Source of the DNA: an uncultured Acidimicrobiales bacterium
GTDB lineage: Bacteria; Actinomycetota; Acidimicrobiia; Acidimicrobiales; DATKAS01
Assembly: GCA_963739555.1 (NCBI GenBank)
Contig: CAVUAV010000012.1
Span: 135,581 to 199,580 of the forward strand
Length of the DNA stretch: 64,000 nt
Direction: 5' to 3'
This document shows positions 1 through 9,581 of the stretch, piece after piece. The position numbers and the translations under genes were made by a program. Below the pieces are notes generated by a model. It searched no databases. It was not told the origin of the DNA and was given only the letters and a program-made list of their open reading frames with translations. The first letter of the stretch is position 1, and every line of letters begins with the position of its first letter.

Positions 1-1
1 G

Positions 2-559
2 CCGCACGGAGTGCGCGCGCTCGAGTCGCGCCCGTACCTGCTCTGCCTCGGCCGCGTCGACCACAGCAAGGGCACGCATCTGCTCGCGTCGTTCTTCGCT
101 CGCTACAAGGAGCGCAACTCCGGGCCGCTCGCGCTTGCCGTCGTCGGGCCGGTGCAACGTCCCGTGCCCGTGCATCCCGACATCGTCGAGGTCGGCGAGG
201 TCGACGACGCGACGAAGTGGGCTCTGCTGCGCGGTGCGACGCTGCTCGTCTCGCCGTCCGCCTTCGAGTCGTTCTCGCTCGTGCTCTTCGAGTCGTGGGA
301 AGCGGGCGTGCCCGTGCTCGTGAACGCGAGGTGCAGCGCGACGGTCGAGCACGTCATCCGCTCGGGCGGAGGGCTCTCGTTCGACAATTTCGCGGTGTTC
401 GAGGCCGAGCTCGACCGGCTGCTGGTCGACGATCGGCTGCGCCAGTCGCTGGCCGCCGCGGGCGCCCGCTACGCCGAGCAGTATCGATGGCCCGCAGTCA
501 TCGACCGCTACCGCGGGTTCGCCGAGCGACTCGCATCTACGCTGCCCGCCGATGTCTGA
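2..559 (+). CDS. Glycosyltransferase family 4 (GT-B fold), C-terminal part. The 5' end lies outside the window.
   Basis: The ORF is open to the window edge. 'RPYLLCLGRVDHSKGT...LVSPSAFESFSLVLFESWEAGVPVLV' is a typical GT4/GT1 C-terminal sugar-nucleotide domain. It is clearly paralogous to the C-terminus of 1210..2416. Confidence 0.8.
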   Translation, partial: PHGVRALESRPYLLCLGRVDHSKGTHLLASFFARYKERNSGPLALAVVGPVQRPVPVHPDIVEVGEVDDATKWALLRGATLLVSPSAFESFSLVLFESWEAGVPVLVNARCSATVEHVIRSGGGLSFDNFAVFEAELDRLLVDDRLRQSLAAAGARYAEQYRWPAVIDRYRGFAERLASTLPADV

Positions 560-950
560 CGTCGAGCCCGCTGACGGCGACCTCGAGCGCGATCTCGCCG
601 AGCAGTGGCAGCGCGTCCAGCAGCGAGGCAGCTACTCGGCCGCGCTCTCGGCGCCCCTCGACGCGGTCGCGGAGCGCGCCCACTTCCACATCCCCGAAGT
701 GCCTGCGTCGTCGAAGGTGCCGGGTGGCGGCACGATCCACACGGTCGTCGGCAAGACCGTGACCCGCCACCTCACCGATCTGTGCGCGCAGCTCGACGAC
801 TTCGCCCGGTCCGTCCATCGCGCGCTCGTGGCGATCGTCGACGCGCTCGACGACCCCGCCCCACCCGAGGTGCAGAGCCGCCTCGACGACGTCGCCGACC
901 AGCTCGCGTCGCTGCAGCGCGAGCTCAACGGGCTGCGCGATCCGGAGTGA
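552..950 (+). CDS. Hypothetical protein (132 aa, acidic, helical C-terminus)
   Basis: An intact ORF that overlaps the upstream GT4 stop by 8 nt. Composition is coding-like. I recognise no family. Confidence 0.5.
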   Translation: MSDVEPADGDLERDLAEQWQRVQQRGSYSAALSAPLDAVAERAHFHIPEVPASSKVPGGGTIHTVVGKTVTRHLTDLCAQLDDFARSVHRALVAIVDALDDPAPPEVQSRLDDVADQLASLQRELNGLRDPE

Positions 951-1207
951 CGCTCGTCTGGATCGGGTCGCTCGGGCCGGGCGGCGGCGCCGAGCGAGTG
1001 ATCGCTGCCTTCGACCTCGTGTGCACCTACGACGACCCTTCGGCCGAGCTCGTGATGGCCGGCCCCGTCCCTGACCCTCGCCATCTCGCGAAGCTCGTGC
1101 GGTACCGCGACGAGCTGAAGCTCTTCGGTCTGCGGTTCCACCCCGACCCGTCGCCGGCCGAGCGCGCTGCCCTCCGCGACCTCGGTCCGGCGTGGCCCGC
1201 GGACTGA
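947..1207 (+). CDS. Small hypothetical protein, possibly a glycosyltransferase-like fragment
   Basis: A GTG start forms a GTGA overlap with the upstream stop. 'VTLVWIGSLGPGGGAERVIAAFDLV...' fills the gap before the next GT4 gene. Function is not recognised. Confidence 0.35.
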   Translation: MTLVWIGSLGPGGGAERVIAAFDLVCTYDDPSAELVMAGPVPDPRHLAKLVRYRDELKLFGLRFHPDPSPAERAALRDLGPAWPAD

Positions 1208-1209
1208 CG

Positions 1210-2416
1210 ATGCGTGTCGTCTATGTCGTCCCGCGGTACGGCCCGCAGGCTGCGGGAGGCGCCGAGGGCGCGTGCCGCTCGTTCGCGACGCGCATGGCCG
1301 CGACTGGGCACGAGGTCGAGGTCGTCACGTCGTGCGCGGTCAGCTACCTCGAGTGGGACAACGCGCTTGCCCGCCGGCACCGCCAACGAGGACGGCGTCA
1401 CAGTGCATCGGCTGCCGGTCGTCGCGCCTCGCGACCTCGAGCGGTTCTCGGCGATCTCGATGCGCGCGCTCACCGGCCGTCTCGTCGCGCCGTCGCACGT
1501 GCAGCACGCCTGGCTCGCCGAGCAGGGTCCCCGCCTCGACGGCCTGGAGGACGTGCTCCGCGACCGCTCCACGTCGGTCGACGTCGCCGTCGTGCTGCCG
1601 TACCTGTACCTGCCCGCGTTCACCGCGATCACGACCCTCGCCGGACGGGCACCGATCGTGTTCCACCCGTGCGCGCACGACGAGCCCCCTCTCCGCCTCC
1701 CGGTGTACGAGCGGCTCTTTCGCCTCTCCGACGCGCTCGGCTTCTTCACCGAGGAGGAGGCCGCGCTCGTGCGCCGCCGGTTCCGCATCGACCGACCGTC
1801 AGCGGTCACGGGCATCGGCGTCGACGTCGACATCCCGCACGCGCCCCCGCCGCACATCGACGGTGTCGGCGAGCGTCCCTATCTGGTGTGCGTCGGGCGC
1901 ATCGATCCCGGCAAGGGCACGCTCGAGCTCGTCGAGTGGTTCGGTCGCTACAAGGACGCGCATCCCGGGCCGCTCGCGCTCGTGCTCGTCGGCGACCGCG
2001 CGAACGAGGTCGCGTCCCATCCCGACGTGTTCCTCACCGGCATCGTGGACGAGCCGACGAAGCAGGCGATCATCGAGCACTCGCTCGCGTTCGTGCAGCC
2101 GTCGCATTACGAGAGCTTCTCGATCGTGCTGATGGAGGCGTGGGCCGCGGGCAAGGCGGCCGCGGTGCAAGCGCTGAGCGACGTGCTTGCCGGACACGCG
2201 CGGCGCAGCGGTGGTGCGTTGCCCTATCGCAACGAGGAGGAGCTCGGCGAGGTGCTCGATCTCCTCGTGTCGCAACCCACCTTGCGACAGCGCCTCGGTG
2301 AGGCGGGCCGTGCGTACGTGCAGGCTCACTTTCGGTGGCCGGACGTGCTCGCCCGTCACGAGTCGCTGCTGGACCAGGCGGTAGTCTCTTTCCGGTCCCC
2401 CCACGCACAGAGGTAG
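1210..2416 (+). CDS. Glycosyltransferase family 4, with an apparent single frameshift near 1366-1372
   Basis: The N-terminus 'MRVVYVVPRYGPQAAGGAEGACRSFATRMAATGHEVEVVT' is in frame 1. The remainder ('LPAGTANEDGVTVHRLPV...VQPSHYESFSIVLMEAWAAGK') is in frame 2 (ORF 1214..2416). Together they give a complete GT4 protein. Confidence 0.85.
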
Positions 2417-2419
2417 TCG

Positions 2420-3409
<990 letters not shown>

Positions 3410-3417
3410 GCAGCCGT

Positions 3418-3436
3418 CCGCCTCCGAGCGAGGCGG
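3418..3436 (+). terminator. GC-rich hairpin immediately after the gmd stop. A possible factor-independent terminator without a U-tract.
   Basis: CCGCCTC(3418-3424) pairs with GAGGCGG(3430-3436) around a 5-nt loop. It begins 9 nt after the TAG at 3407-3409. No T-run follows. Confidence 0.3.
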
Positions 3437-3611
3437 TACAGCTCGAAGGCGATGATGGCGACGCACGCGGCCGTGGGGCGCCGGTGGCGAAGGCTCGGGA
3501 CGCGGGCCTCGGAGCCGGCTGACCCCCTCGCGGCACTGTGGCGTTTCGGTGCCCAGATGGGCTCTCGCACGCCACAGTTCCCTGCCGCCGGACCCTCTGC
3601 ACACCGAATCC

Positions 3612-3681
3612 GGAATTTTCCACCGCCACATCGGCAACGAATCGATATCGAATCGGTGCCGATGTGGCAGTGGAAGGAATT
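3612..3681. repeat. Large imperfect palindrome (core 3625..3668)
   Basis: GCCACATCGGCAACGAATCGAT|ATCGAATCGGTGCCGATGTGGC forms 22-nt arms with 2 mismatches and no spacer. The outer 11 nt (3626-3636 / 3657-3667) pair perfectly. The flanks AATTTTCCAC / GTGGAAGGAATT extend the symmetry with a small bulge. Confidence 0.8.
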
Positions 3682-5196
3682 CTTTGTGGTGAGGGGCGTG
3701 GGCCGGGCGCCAGCACAGCGGGCCGGGTAGGGCTCGAGCGGGAGGTCCTGGAACGCCTCGGTGAGCGACTCTTCGTCGGGCACGCCGCCTCGCTTCGTGA
3801 GCGGCCGCAGCAGCAGCCACAGCGCGAGCACTGACGTCGCCGATCCGGCGACCAGGCCCATCTCGACGCGCAGCAGCAAGTCGTTGCCGAGTGCGGTCAC
3901 GACGACGAACACGATCGACGCCGACGAGCCCACCCGATCGCCACCCGTGCGTGGCCGTGCAGGGCGATGATCGCCTGCGACATCGTGATCGCGACCATGT
4001 ACAGCGCGGCTCGACGCGGCGAGCATCGTCAGGTTGCGGCGCCCGAGGTCGTAGTCGGGACCGAACAGGATGCGCACGACGAGCGGTCCGACGAGGAACG
4101 CTCCGACGACGGCGACGACGCCGAGACCCGCGACAGCGCTGAGAAGCCGGCGCAGCCCGGACGCGGAAGTCGTGGAAGCCGCCCGGCGCCGACGAGCAAC
4201 GCCAGCTTCGGCAGCAGTGACGCCTGCACGGCTTGGAAGAGGAAGAGCGGCACGCGGGCGATCACCGTGCTCGTCGTGAACTTGCCGGCGATCGACTTCT
4301 CGTCTGGCGTCGCGAGCAACGTGACCGCGATCGGGCCGGCGTTGATCATGAACGCGGCGAGCACCGATCCGCCGAGGAGCCATCCGAGGTTCGACGTCAG
4401 ACCTCGCTCCACGGGGCTTCGGCGGCCCGGGCTCGAAGAGGTTGTGCTCCCGGCGCACCGCGATCGAGACCGCGATCAGGGGTGGGATGCCGACCGCGAG
4501 GCCGTAGAACCCGACTGCATGCACGCCGACCGACGCGAGCGCGACGCACAGAGCCATGCGGATGACGCCCTCGCCGCCCATGTAGAGGCCGTAGGCGCCG
4601 AAGCGCCCCATGCCCGAGAACGTGCCTCGCCCGAGGTGGTCCGGCGTAGTACCCGACGAGACCGAGAAGGAACCCGACGAGCAGCAGCCAGTAGCCGTCG
4701 AAGAGCTGCTCGACCATCACACGGGCTGAAGATCAGGGTGATGACGACGAGGATCGCCGCGAGCATGCCGCCGACTTGGCCGCTCGCACGATGACCGGGC
4801 CCGCCGCCATTGCCGATCGCCCGGCGATGCGCGAGGGCACGGGTGACCTCTTGCTCGACGGGGAGGAAGAAGCCCGGGCCCGGCGAGGAACGTGATGATC
4901 CACATGACCGAGAGCGGGGCGAACAGCGTCGGGGCCGAGGGCGCGGGCGGAGATGGCGAGGAAGAGCGTATGACGCGATGCCGGCGATGACGAGGCCCGT
5001 CCCGACGGTGATGGTTCCCTCGGGCAGCGGGTTGGCTCGCAATGCGGCAAGTCGGCTCGGCGGGCGGCGAGCTGAGATGGTGCGCTCCTGGTTTTCTGGG
5101 CCGGTTACTGGGCCGGCGTGAAGCATACGAGCCATGCCCGTTTCCGTCGGCATCACGCTGGCATGACGTGAGAACCCCGTCTGCGACACTGAGGCC

Positions 5197-6146
5197 GTGA
5201 CCGAGTCGTACGACGCCGTGATCGTGGTGTCGTTCGGTGGGCCAGAGGGCCCCGACGACGTCCTCCCCTTCCTCGAGAACGTGACCCGCGGGCGCAACGT
5301 CCCGCCGGAGCGACTGCAGATCGTGGCCAAGCAGTACGAGCGGTTCGGGGGAGTGAGCCCGATCAACTCGCAGAATCGAGCCCTCGTCGCTGCCCTCGAC
5401 GCCGAGCTCGTGCGGGCCGGCCGCTCGCTCCCCGTCTACTGGGGCAATCGCAACTGGCATCCGTATCTGGCCGACACCGTCCGCCAGATGCGAGACGACG
5501 GCGTCGAGCGCGCGCTCGCGTTCGTCACCTCCGGATACAGCTCGTACTCGTCGTGTCGCCAGTACCTCGAGAACATCGAAGCCGCGCGGCGAAGCCGTCG
5601 GTCCCGGCGCACCGTCCATCGACAAGCTCCGGCAGTTCTACGACCATCCGGGCTACGTCGGGCCGTTCGCTCGCAACCTCGCGGTCGCCCTCGATGCGCT
5701 CCCGGCCGATGTGCGCGCGGGCGCGCACATCGCCTTCACCGCGCACAGCATCCCGATCGCGATGGCCGACGACATGCGACTACGTCGCGCAGCTGCAGGA
5801 GACCGCACGTCTCGTCGCCGAGCGCGGGCGCGCCCGGCCACCCGCACGCGCTCGTGTACCAGAGCCGCAGCGGTGCGCCGACTCAGCCGTGGCTCGAACC
5901 CGACATCGGCGCGCACATCGAGGCCCTCGCCGCGCAGCATGTGCCCGCCGTGGTCGTCGTGCCGATCGGCTTCGTCTCCGACCACATGGAGGTCGTCTAC
6001 GACCTCGACATGGTCGCCGGCCGGGCGTGCAGCGGAAGCGGGCGTCGCGTTCGCGCCGGGCCGCGACACCGGGAACCGATCCCGAGTTCGTCTCGATGAT
6101 CCGCGAGCTGATCGAGGAGCGTCTCGACCCCTCGCTGCCGCGTTAG
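5197..6146 (+). pseudogene. hemH: Ferrochelatase (coproporphyrin-type in Actinomycetota), with about 5 frameshifts
   Basis: 'YDAVIVVSFGGPEGPDDVLPFLENVTRGRNVPPERL..' is in frame 1. 'GAPSIDKLRQFYDHPGYVGPFARNL..AHIAFTAHSIPIAMA' is in frame 2. 'TCDYVAQLQETARLVAE' is in frame 3. 'GHPHALVYQSRSGAPTQPWLEPDI..VPIGFVSDHMEVVYDLD' is in frame 1. 'AEAGVAFA' is in frame 2. 'ATPGTDPEFVSMIRELIEERL' is in frame 3. Shifts fall near 5588, 5772, 5822, 6025 and 6058. Confidence 0.85.
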
Positions 6147-6231
6147 GACAGCGCTGCGTCGCCGAGACCCAGGCGAAGGAGCTCGAGGTCCGCGTCCGAC
6201 GGCGTGTCGCTGGTCGAGCCCCCACGCTCGC

Positions 6232-7044
6232 TCACGCTCGGCGAACACCTGAGGATCTCGGAGGTCGACCGGCGGAAGCGGCGTCGCCGGGAAGGCGGAA
6301 CACGTAGAGGCACCACGCCGTCGTGAGGCCGAACCGGGCGATGTGCGGGTGAAGGCGTCGCTCGACCGCCTCGCAGCGCACGAACCCGGCGGCTTCGAAC
6401 TGCTGCGTCCACCACCGGTACGACGCGATGGTCACGTGCCCCTCGACCAAGTCGCCCCTCGCGTCGCGCTCGAGGTCGTCTTCGTCGATCGGCCCGTCGA
6501 AGTCGGGACCGAGCGCGTAGAGCTCAGCGACCCGGTGCTCGCGCACCTTGCCCTCGAGCCATCCGGGGGGCCCGCCCGAATTCGGACCGAACGACGGGAT
6601 CGTCGCGACGACCCAACCTCGGCAGACCCGCCTCAGGTTCTCGAGTGCCCGCGGCAGCAACGTCACCGGCACGTGCTCGAGCGTCTCGAGCACGGTCACG
6701 ACGTCGAACGACTCGCTCGGGAACGGCAGCCGCTTCGTCAGGTCAGCACGGCGCACGTAGGGCACGACGGCACGCGGCGCATGCGCGACCGCCCATCGAC
6801 TCGCGTCGACGCCCTCGGCATCGACATCGAGCTCGCGGAGCGCCTCGACCACGAACCCGCGCGCGCATCCGGCGTCGAGCACTCTGCTCGCGGGGAAGAA
6901 GCGCCACAGCAGATATGCAGCGACATCCGCGTTCGACGTTGCCCGCGTGTACTGCTCGTAGCCCGACAGGCCGCCACGTGACGAAGGGTCACGACCACGC
7001 CCGTAATAGCTCGCGCCGTATGCGCGCCGCCGCAGCACGATCAC
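6232..7044 (-). CDS. Class I SAM-dependent methyltransferase
   Basis: This is the C-terminal 270 codons of ORF 6232..7437. 'RVLDAGCARGFVVEALRELDVDAEGVD' is SAM-binding motif I, and 'FDVVTVLETLEHV' is motif II/III. GTG 7044 is chosen as the start because the upstream part of the ORF is Arg/His-rich and non-protein-like. Confidence 0.7.
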   Translation of the reverse strand: MIVLRRRAYGASYYGRGRDPSSRGGLSGYEQYTRATSNADVAAYLLWRFFPASRVLDAGCARGFVVEALRELDVDAEGVDASRWAVAHAPRAVVPYVRRADLTKRLPFPSESFDVVTVLETLEHVPVTLLPRALENLRRVCRGWVVATIPSFGPNSGGPPGWLEGKVREHRVAELYALGPDFDGPIDEDDLERDARGDLVEGHVTIASYRWWTQQFEAAGFVRCEAVERRLHPHIARFGLTTAWCLYVFRLPGDAASAGRPPRSSGVRRA

Positions 7045-7125
7045 AAGGCTACGAGCGCACTTCCTGCTCAACGGGGATGCACCGTCGTCGCGCACATCGC
7101 CAGTACCGTCGATGCGATCACACGC

Positions 7126-9072
7126 TTGATTCGCGCCTGCTTCGTCGCGGCGTCGTTCGCCGCTGTGCTCGCGTTGCTCACTCCGATGGCAGACGTGAGC
7201 GCACAGCCCGCGCCGCCCTCGCCAATCACCTTCCTCGTGCAAGGCAAGGGATGGGGCCACGGCCGTGGCATGGGCCAGTGGGGCGCGCTCGGCTACGCGC
7301 TCCAGGGATGGACGAGCAACCAGATCCTCGACCACTACTACGGCGGCACCACGATGGGCACGATCGACCCGAACGGCGAGCTGCGCGTGAGGCTGCTGCG
7401 TGAGGACGACGCCGACGTGATCGTGGTGTCCGAGCACAACGCGCTCACAAGCAGCGTCGTGCCCGGCGCATTCGCCGCTCTCCGCGCTCAGCCGCAGGCC
7501 GACGGCACCTACCTCGTCCAGTCGGGACCGGGATGCGCTGGCCCGTGGACGCCGCTCATCGCCGCACCCTCGGTCGACTTCCGTGGCGATCCGTCATCGA
7601 TCACGACCACCGACGTCACGTCGTTGCTCGCGGTGTGCGAGGCCGGCGGCACGATGCGCTACTACCGAGGAAGCCTCCTCGCAGTCCGCGACGCGAACGG
7701 TGCATCACGCGCGGTCAACGTCGTGCCGCTCGACACCTACGTGCGAGGCGTGGTCCCTCGCGAGGTCTCCGCGACTTGGGGCGACCTAGGCGCCGGAGCG
7801 GGCTTTCAGGCGTTGAAGGCCCAAGCGGTCGCGGCACGCTCGTACGCGTCGGCGGAGTCTCGCTACTCATACGCGAAGACGTGCGACGGATCGCCATGCC
7901 AGGTGTACAGCGGCACGGCGGTCCGCAATCCGAGCGGTGTGCTGTCGTCGCTCGAGGACCCGCGGACCGATCGTGCGGTCGCCGAGACTGCAGGACAGGT
8001 GCGGCTGGACGGCAAGGGCGGGGTTGCTCGCACTGAGTTCTCGTCGTCGACCGGCGGCTTCACCGCGGGGGGCGTGTTCCCCGCGGTGTCCGACGAGGGC
8101 GACTCGATCGCGCAGAACCCCAACGCGAACTGGGTCGCGTCGGTCAGCGGGGACGCCGTCTCGAAGGCCTACCCGCAGCTCGGCAGCCTCGTCAGCATCG
8201 GCGTGGTCGCGCGCAACGGCCTCGGGCCCTTCGGCGGGCGTGTCACGAAGATCGCACTCACCGGCACCACGTCGACGATCACGCTGAGCGGAAGCGACTT
8301 CCGCGCCGCGTTCGGCCTGAAGTCCGACCTCTTCCAGGTCGCGGACTTCGCGAAGTCACCCGCAGTCGCGGTGGCGAACGGCACGGGCGACGACTACTGG
8401 CTCGCCACAGGCGAAGGTGCGGTGTTCGCGCTGCAAGGCGCGCCCGATCGCGGCTCGATGTTCGGCACGAAGCTCAACGCGCCGGTGGTCGCGATCACGG
8501 CGACGGCCGACGGACAGGGCTACTGGCTGCTCGCGAAGGACGGGGGCGTCTTCGCGTTCAACGCGCCCTTCTACGGCTCGACCGGGAACATGAAGCTCAA
8601 CAAGCCGGTCGTCGGTCTCGCCGTGCGCCCGCAGGGCGACGGCTACTGGTTCGTCGCGGCCGACGGCGGCATCTTCAGCTTCGGTGCCGCACCGTTCTTC
8701 GGGTCGACCGGCAACCGCAAGGTGCCCGCCCCCGTGATCTCGATGGCCCCGACGCCGACGGGCGGTGGCTACTACGTGCTCGGCCTGGACGGCTCCGTCT
8801 ACCCGTTCGGCGACGCGGTCGACCTCGGTGGGGTCAAGGCGTCACCGTCACCCATTGTCGGGATGGCGGTGCGTCCGCAGGGTGACGGCTACTGGCTCGT
8901 CGCCGCGGACGGCACGGTCACGGGGTTCGGGGCCGCGGCTTCGATCGGAGGGGGAGCGCCTGCGACCCCCGCTGCCGCCGCGGTGGTTGGGATCTCCGCG
9001 ACGGCGAGCGGTGGGGGGTACCGGTTGGTGCGTGCCGACGGATCGACCGTCGACGCAGGCGACGCTTCGTAG
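7126..9072 (+). CDS. Secreted SpoIID/LytB-domain protein with a C-terminal repeat domain
   Basis: An intact 648-aa ORF. The signal peptide is 'MIRACFVAASFAAVLALLTPMADVSAQ'. 'GKGWGHGRGMGQWGALGYA', 'VVPREVSATW...ALKAQAVAARSYA' and 'CDGSPCQVYSG' are SpoIID hallmarks. The C-terminus has ~41-aa repeats. Confidence 0.85.
   Translation: MIRACFVAASFAAVLALLTPMADVSAQPAPPSPITFLVQGKGWGHGRGMGQWGALGYALQGWTSNQILDHYYGGTTMGTIDPNGELRVRLLREDDADVIVVSEHNALTSSVVPGAFAALRAQPQADGTYLVQSGPGCAGPWTPLIAAPSVDFRGDPSSITTTDVTSLLAVCEAGGTMRYYRGSLLAVRDANGASRAVNVVPLDTYVRGVVPREVSATWGDLGAGAGFQALKAQAVAARSYASAESRYSYAKTCDGSPCQVYSGTAVRNPSGVLSSLEDPRTDRAVAETAGQVRLDGKGGVARTEFSSSTGGFTAGGVFPAVSDEGDSIAQNPNANWVASVSGDAVSKAYPQLGSLVSIGVVARNGLGPFGGRVTKIALTGTTSTITLSGSDFRAAFGLKSDLFQVADFAKSPAVAVANGTGDDYWLATGEGAVFALQGAPDRGSMFGTKLNAPVVAITATADGQGYWLLAKDGGVFAFNAPFYGSTGNMKLNKPVVGLAVRPQGDGYWFVAADGGIFSFGAAPFFGSTGNRKVPAPVISMAPTPTGGGYYVLGLDGSVYPFGDAVDLGGVKASPSPIVGMAVRPQGDGYWLVAADGTVTGFGAAASIGGGAPATPAAAAVVGISATASGGGYRLVRADGSTVDAGDAS
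8359..9069 (+). repeat. Six tandem ~41-aa protein repeats (consensus PVVG-A--P-G-GYWLVA-DGGVF-FG-A-F-GS-G) inside the SpoIID-domain gene
   Basis: Repeats start at 'PAVAVANGTGDDYWLAT', 'PVVAITATADGQGYWLLAKDGGVFAF', 'PVVGLAVRPQGDGYWFVAADGGIFSF', 'PVISMAPTPTGGGYYVLGLDGSVYPF', 'PIVGMAVRPQGDGYWLVAADGTVTGF' and 'VVGISATASGGGYRLVRADGS'. Confidence 0.8.
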
Positions 9073-9085
9073 CGTCGCGCGGAGC

Positions 9086-9436
9086 TCAGGCTGCGGCGCT
9101 CTGCGTGCCGCGGTTGACGAAGTCCTTGAGCTGGTCGCGGGCGGTCTTCGCCGCGTCGCGGGCTTGCTTCATGAGCTCGGCGGCCTGCTCGGGCAGCTTG
9201 TCCTGCACGTTCTCGAGCAGCGCGCCGACGCGCTCTTCGATCTGCGTCGCCTGGGTCTCGAACTGCGCCTTGCCGTCGGCAACCTGGTTCTCGAACCAAC
9301 CGCACAGCTCGCCTCGGTTCGACTTCAGCTGCTCGTAGGCCTTCACGCCGAGACCGACCGTCGCGTAGAACGCTTCCTTGGCCGGCTTGACGACGGCGTC
9401 GAACGACGGGTTCTTCGGGGCAGTGGTGGTGTCCAT
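9086..9436 (-). CDS. Small helical protein (HbhA/apolipoprotein-like amphipathic helices). Function unknown.
   Basis: An intact 116-aa ORF with charged heptad-like composition ('QIEERVGALLENVQDKLPEQAAELMKQARDAAKTARDQLKDF'). It is convergent with the SpoIID gene. Confidence 0.55.
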   Translation of the reverse strand: MDTTTAPKNPSFDAVVKPAKEAFYATVGLGVKAYEQLKSNRGELCGWFENQVADGKAQFETQATQIEERVGALLENVQDKLPEQAAELMKQARDAAKTARDQLKDFVNRGTQSAAA

Positions 9437-9581
9437 CTCTGGGTCCTCCTCGTGCCGTTGGGGGAACGGCTTGTGCTTGCCAGACTACCGCTGTCGTTAA
9501 ACAGTTGCAAGCATTCGTGAACGATGGCACATGGGCGAGTGCCCCGGTCGGAGAGGACCCGGCCGCTAGCCTCGGGCCATT

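Noticed and set aside
3452-3834. Plus-strand ORFs 3452-3730 and 3538-3834 in the region downstream of gmd.
   Set aside because: - Their composition is Arg/Pro-rich and not protein-like, and they have no recognisable RBS or family.
- They span the palindrome.
- The region is better described as noncoding, or as the undetermined 3' end of the convergent gene.
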